A DNA stretch of 64,000 nucleotides from Eledone cirrhosa. Taxonomy: Eukaryota. The DNA lies in NCBI GenBank assembly GCA_964016885.1, contig OZ024743.1, forward strand, positions 130,262,001 through 130,326,000. The letters run 5' to 3'. This document shows, in pieces, positions 60,101 through 64,000 of the stretch. A program made the translations under genes and the position numbers. Under the pieces are notes generated by a model. That model made no database searches. It was not told where the DNA came from and saw only the letters and a program-made list of their open reading frames with translations. Within the stretch, counting starts at the first letter, position 1; the number at the start of each line of letters is the position of its first letter.

Positions 60101-62960
60101 AAACACCAAGCGCCAAGCACCAAACACCAAACACCAAGCACCAAGCACCAAACACCAAACACCAAGCACCAATCACCAAACACCAAGCACCAAGCGCCAA
60201 GCACCAAACACCAAATACCTAGCACCAAGCACCAAGCACCAAACACCAAGCACCAAACACCAATCACCAAGCCCCAAGCACCAAACACCAAGCACCAAGC
60301 ACCAAACACCAAACACCAAGCACCAAGCACCAAGGACCAAGCACCAAACACCAAGCACCAAGCACCGAGCACCAAACACCAAGAACCAAGCACCAAGCAC
60401 TAAACACCAAACACCAAGCACCAAGCACCAAACACCAAACACCAAGCACCAAGTACAAAACTCCAAACACCAAACACCAAGCACCAAGCACCAAATCCCA
60501 AGCACCAAACACCAAGCACCAATCACCAAACACCAAACACCAAGCACCAAGCACCAAACTCCAAAAACCAAGCACCAAGCACCAAGCACCAAACACCAAA
60601 CGCCAAACACCAAACACCAAGTACCAAGCACCAAACACCAAGCACCAAGCGCCAAAGACCAAACACCAAGCACCAAGCACGAAACACCAAGCACCAAGCA
60701 CCGAGCACCAAACACCAAGTACCAAGCACCAATCACCAAACACCAAGCACCAAGCACCAAACACCAAACACCAAGCACCAAGCACCAAGCATCAAGCACC
60801 AAGCACCAAACACCAACCACCAAGCACCAAACACCAAACACAAAACAACAAGTACCAAGCACCAAACATCAAACACCAAACACCAAACACCAAGCACCAA
60901 GCACAAGACACCAAGCACCAAGCACCAAGCACCAAGCACCAAAAACCAAGCACCAAGCTCCAAGCACCAAACACCAAGCACCAAACACCAAACACCAAGC
61001 ACCAAGCACCAAACACCAAGCACCAAGCGCCAAACACCAAACACCAAGCACCAAGCACCAAACACCAAGCACCAACCACCAAGCACCAAACACCAAGCAC
61101 CAAGCACCAAGCACCAAGCACCAAGCACCAAACACCAAGCACCAAGCACCAAACAGCAAACACCAAGCACCAAACACCAAACACCAAGCACCAAGCAACA
61201 AACACCAAACACCAAGCACCAAACACCAAGCACCAAGCCCCAAGCACGAAACACCAAGCACCAAGCACGAAACACCAAGCACCAAGCACCAAGCACCATG
61301 CACCAAACACCAAGCACCAAGCACCAAACAGCAAACACCAAACAGCAAACACCAAACAGCAAACACCAAACAGCAAACACCAAACAGCAAACACCAAACA
61401 GCAAACGCCAAAAAGCAAACGCCAAACTCCAAACGCCAAACAGCAAATGCCAAACCCAAACGCCAAACAGCAAACGCCAAGCACAAAACACCAAACACCA
61501 AGCACCAAGCACCAAACACCAAACACCAAGCACCAAGCACCAAACACCAAACACCAAGCACCAAGTACCAAACACCAAACACCAAGCACCAAACACCAAA
61601 CAGCAAACGCAAAAAAGCAAACGCCAAACCCCATACGCCAAACAGCAAATGCCAAACCCCAAATGCCAAACGGCAAACGCCAAGCACCAAACACCAAACA
61701 CCAAGCGCCAAGCACCAAACACCAAACACCAAGCACCAAGCACCAAACACCAAACACCAAGCACCAATCACCAAACACCAAACACCAAGCGCCAAACACC
61801 AAACACCAAACACCTATCACCAAGCACCAAGCACCAAACACCAAGCACCAAACACCAAGCACCAAGCACCAAGCACCAAGCACCAAACACCAATCACCAA
61901 GCCCCAAGCACCAAACACCAAGCACCAAGCACCCAGAACAAAGCACCAAGCACCAAACACCAAACACCAAGCTCCAAGCACCAAACACCAAACACCAAGC
62001 ACCAAGCACCAAGCACCAAACACCAAACACCAAGCACCAATCACCAAACACCAAGCACCAAGCGCCAAACACCAAACACCAAACACCTAGCACCAAGCAC
62101 CAAGCACCGAACACCAAGCACCAAGCACCAAGCACCAAGCACCAAGCACCAAACACCAATCACCAAGCCCCAAGCACCAAACACCAAGCACCAAACACCA
62201 AGCACCAAACACCAAACACCAAGCACCAAGCACCAAACACCAAACACCAAGCACCAAGCACCAAGCACCAAGCACCAAACACCATACACCAAACAGCAAA
62301 CGCCAAAAAGCAAACGCCAAACCCCATACGCCAAACAGCAAATGCCAAACCCCAAACGCCAAACAGCAAACGCCAAGCACCAAACACCAAACACCAAGCG
62401 CCAAGCACCAAACACCAAACACCAAGCACCAAGCACCAAACACCAAACACCAAGCACCAATCACCAAACACCAAGCACCAAGCGCCAAGCACCAGACACC
62501 AAGCACCAAGCACCAAACACCAAACACCAAGCACCAAGCACTAAACACCAAACACCAAGCACCAAGCACCAAGCACCAAGCACCAAGCACCAAACACCAA
62601 GCACCAAGCACCAAGCACCAAGCACCAAGCACCAAACACCAAGCACCAAGCACCAAACACCAAACACCAAGCACCAAACACCAAACACCAAGCACCAAGC
62701 ACCAAACACCAAACACCAAACACCAAGCACCAAGCCCCAAGCACCAAACACCAAGCACCAAGCACCAAACACCAAGCACGAAGCACCAAGCACCATGCAC
62801 CAGACACCTTGCACCAAGCACCAAACAGCAAACACCAAACAGCAAACACCAAACACCAAATACCAACCAGCAAACACCAAACACCAAACACCAAACAGCA
62901 AACACCAAACAGCAAACACCAAACAGCAAACACCAAACACCAAACACCAAACAGCAAATG
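53720..62960 (+). repeat. Duplication with 6135-bp offset (about 53.7-56.8 kb vs about 59.85-62.96 kb)
   Basis: Paired landmarks 53919/60054, 54388/60523 and 55163/61298. Both copies carry the private variants CCCCATATGCC, GTACAAAACTCC, CACAAGACACC and TGCCAAACGGCAAA. Confidence 0.92.
55520..59690 (+). repeat. Three tandem copies of an approximately 1.4-kb unit (spacings 1330/1393/1400 bp = 190/199/200 heptamers)
   Basis: Landmark sets 55654/56984/58384, 55731/57061/58461 and 56336/57729/59129. The marker CAC(C/T)TATCACC is present in each copy. Confidence 0.92.
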
Positions 62961-63870
62961 CCAAAAAGCAAACGCCAAACCCCAAACGCCAAACAGCAAA
63001 TGCCAAACCCCAAACGCCAAACAGCAAACGCCAAGCGCCAAACGCCAAACACCAAGTGCCAAGCACCAAACACCAAACACCAAGCACCAAGCACCAAGCA
63101 CCAAACACCAAACAGCAAACGCCAAAAAGCAAACGCCAAACCCCATACGCCAAACAGCAAATGCCAAACCCCAAACGCCAAACAGCAAACGCCAAGCACC
63201 AAACACCAAACACCAAGCGCCAAGCACCAAACACCAAACACCAAGCACCAAGCAGCAAACACCAAACACCAAGCACCAATCACCAAACACCAAGCACCAA
63301 GCGCCAAGCACCAAACACCAAACACCTAGCACCAAGCACCAAGCACCAAACACCAAGTACCAAACACCAATCACCAAGCCCCAAGCACCAAACACCAAGC
63401 GCCAAGCACCAAACACCAAACACCAAGCACCAAGCACCCAGAACCAAGCACCAAGCACCAAACACCAAGCACCAAGCACCGAGCACCAAACACCAAGAAC
63501 CAAGCACCAAGCTCTAAACACCAAACACCAAGCACCAAGCACCAAACACCAAACACCAAACACCAAACACCAAACAGCAAATGCCAAAAAGCAAACGCCA
63601 AACCCCAAACGCCAAACAGTAAATGCCAAACCCCAAACGCCAAACAGCAAACGCCAAGCGCCAAACGCCAAACACCAAGCGCCAAGCACCAAACACCAAA
63701 CACCAAGCACCAAGCACCAAACACCAAACACCAAGCACCAAGTACCAAACCTCAAACACCAAGCACCAAACACCAAACAGCAAACGCCAAAAAGCAAACG
63801 CCAAACCCCATACGCCAAACAGCAAATGCCAAACCCCAAACGCCAAACAGCAAACGCCAAGCACCGAACA
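62960..63870 (+). repeat. Copy of the approximately 51.6-52.6 kb module at offset 11293 bp
   Basis: Paired landmarks 51987/63280, 52078/63371 and 52221/63514. The private variant CAGTAAATGCC occurs at 52324 and 63617. Confidence 0.85.
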
Positions 63871-64000
63871 CCAAACACCAAGAACCAAGCACCAAGCACT
63901 AAACACCAAACACCAAGCACCAAGCACCAAACACCAAACACCAAGCACCAAGCACCGAGCACCAAACACCAAGAACCAAGCACCAAGCACTAAACACCAA

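Larger units (their letters stand above)
1..64000 (+). repeat. Tandem 7-bp satellite array, consensus CACCAAR (minus strand YTTGGTG), running off both window ends
   Basis: Every line inspected parses into heptamers CACCAAA/CACCAAG or 1-2 nt variants. There is no unique sequence and no inversion. The + strand is A/C-rich and almost T-free throughout. Confidence 0.99.

Noticed and set aside
104-63990. Minus-strand hydrophobic Cys/Trp-rich ORFs as membrane proteins
   Set aside because: These are direct translations of (YTTGGTG)n in all frames, and the A-poor strand lacks stop codons.
999-63993. Long + strand ORFs (e.g. 999-3758, 25433-27934, 55163-60403) as mucin-like or heptad-repeat proteins
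   Set aside because: All three frames overlap and encode the same heptad. Stops are absent only because T is nearly absent. The unit length of 7 is not codon-compatible, and there is no unique N- or C-terminal domain.
1-64000. CRISPR array or other repeat-spacer system
   Set aside because: There are no unique spacers, the intervening sequence is the same heptamer, and no cas-like ORFs are present.
1-64000. Canonical telomerase-synthesised telomere tract (TTAGGG/TTTAGGG type)
   Set aside because: The unit lacks the GGG core, and kb-scale copying of private variants does not fit direct templated addition. A telomere-associated role is kept only as a hypothesis.
1-64000. Cyanobacterial STRR-type heptamer repeats or a bacterial contingency locus
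   Set aside because: Those are short tracts lying between or within genes. A gene-free array of 64 kb or more does not fit.
1-64000. Pure sequencing or base-calling artefact
   Set aside because: Rare variants recur in conserved order across distant copies and form a consistent nested hierarchy, which random error would not produce. Individual near-identical duplications could still be assembly errors.
1-64000. Inverted repeats, hairpins, tRNA/rRNA or other structured RNA
   Set aside because: I saw no reverse-orientation block, and a strand with almost no T and little G cannot form extensive base-paired structure.

Overview
The whole 64 kb is one uninterrupted, single-orientation satellite array built from a 7-bp unit, CACCAAR on the + strand (CACCAAA/CACCAAG; YTTGGTG on the - strand). 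Recurrent variant units include CAGCAAA, CGCCAAA, TGCCAAA, CCCCAAR, CATCAAA, CACCAAT, CACTAAA, TACCAAR and TAGCAAA. I see no unique sequence, gene, RNA gene, transposon or CRISPR array. The ORF track is an artefact: the + strand has almost no T, so stop codons are rare on both strands, and every frame gives the same 7-aa repeat (TKHQ[A/T]P[S/N] or WCLV[L/F]G[A/V]). The real content is the higher-order structure. Rare variant units act as barcodes and reveal a small set of kb-scale modules, re-used through nested head-to-tail duplications with offsets of about 462/924, 650, 1157, 1330/1400, 2355, 3175, 4700, 6135, 7000/10000/17000 and 11293 bp. The module set changes along the window, and paired copies show C->T changes at CpG sites. 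The best reading is a large, recombination-expanded heptamer satellite with telomere-like strand asymmetry (centromeric, subtelomeric or heterochromatic). The organism, chromosomal position and novelty cannot be established from this window. Duplication boundaries are approximate, to within tens of bp. Offsets were read from matching landmarks and matching ORF-track coordinates.
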